Assembly (NCBI RefSeq): GCF_964355755.1
Contig: NC_092672.1
Location: 31,502,437 to 31,566,436, forward strand
Direction: 5' to 3'
DNA from: Antedon mediterranea
Lineage: Eukaryota > Animalia > Echinodermata
DNA length: 64,000 bases
Shown here: positions 63,085 through 64,000 of the stretch, in pieces
How the letters are laid out: each line of letters begins with the position of its first letter
Numbering within the stretch: position 1 is the first letter of the stretch
Notes under the pieces: generated by a model
What the model was told of the DNA's origin: nothing
Database searches by the model: none
The model's input: only the letters and a program-made list of their open reading frames with translations
Translations under genes and position numbers: made by a program

Positions 63085-64000
63085 CGTTCTGAAGTGTCGT
63101 ACAGCACACAATTTGAATTACTGAAACAGAAAGTGGAAACAACAAAACAATGGCAATGTCATTAAGCTTCATAGTTACAAGACTAAAGCGTGGTTCCTCT
63201 TGCCAACGCAAAATCGTAAGTTTTCGACCAATCACCACGCGATGGAAGATTAGAACTGTGGCTTCCTTGTGATTGGTCAACTCACTTACATTACATCTAG
63301 GTCGTTGCGTTGCGTCTAAGAAGTAGGAACTAAGCTTTAAATTACTGACACCCGTATTTTATGATAACAATGATTTGAAGAGGAAGGACCTTTGCACTTA
63401 AATGGAGTTCGATTCAGATGAAATTCTGCCTTTCTTTGGGATGTTGTCTCCCAGTATTAAACAGAAAAAGTTGGGGGTAGATTCATTGTTTCTATTTATC
63501 AGCGAATAAATAAATTAAGTTTACTGAATAATTCAGATATGAATATTGAAAAGGAAGATCGCGGACAGTAGGCCTTCTGTGGATGAAGAAAACAAATAAT
63601 ACTTACTGTCACACTCTGCCCTCTGCATCGAAAATGTTACCATTCACCAGTCTTGAAGTTCCTTTTAAATTGACATGTTTTTTAACGATAAAGACGCTAT
63701 CATATTTAATTATATGCATTTACATTGTTAGACCAATCACAACAGGTTGAAATAAACAGTGGCTTTTGTTCATGATGTGTATAACAAAACCAAACCATAA
63801 AGGGAAATGTTCAATCGTGAGGAGGGCGCAATACTCGTATTTTAAAATAAACACTTATCTTCAAACAATTTCTTCAGCAGTTAGTCAATCCATGGCTAGA
63901 CTGTTGATCATGTTTCGCACACTCTTTCCCGCCAAAAACGTTGCGCGCCCATTAACACAAAATCACAATTCACAATTCACTCGTTCACTGTCTGATAATT

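Overview
AT-rich, repeat-dense animal genomic DNA, probably a marine invertebrate deuterostome (echinoderm-like; this is inferred from the repeat content). It is not prokaryotic: no operons and no CRISPR. The main feature is an apparently intact, young DIRS1-type tyrosine-recombinase retrotransposon (19871-25236, minus strand) with gag, RT/RNaseH/methyltransferase and recombinase ORFs, 170-bp ITRs identical by eye, a 3' extension and an internal complementary region. Its gag and recombinase frames are separated by a single UGA-CGG followed by a GC stem-loop, a possible stop-readthrough signal. There are two intronless histamine H3/H4-like aminergic GPCR paralogs. One is intact (62047-63084); the other is split inside TM7 by a 2.9-kb TTAA-targeting DNA transposon, and its tail lies at 51571-51675. 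The window also holds a decayed Academ transposon with a nested CR1 piece, a foldback palindrome with an 8-bp TSD, two 5S-rRNA-headed SINEs (one a 5S+tRNA+Deu chimera), Deu/tRNA SINEs, L2 remnants, several MITE families, minisatellites and 17-20 bp palindromic inserts with 7-bp TSDs. All alignments were done by eye, so the boundaries of decayed repeats are approximate.
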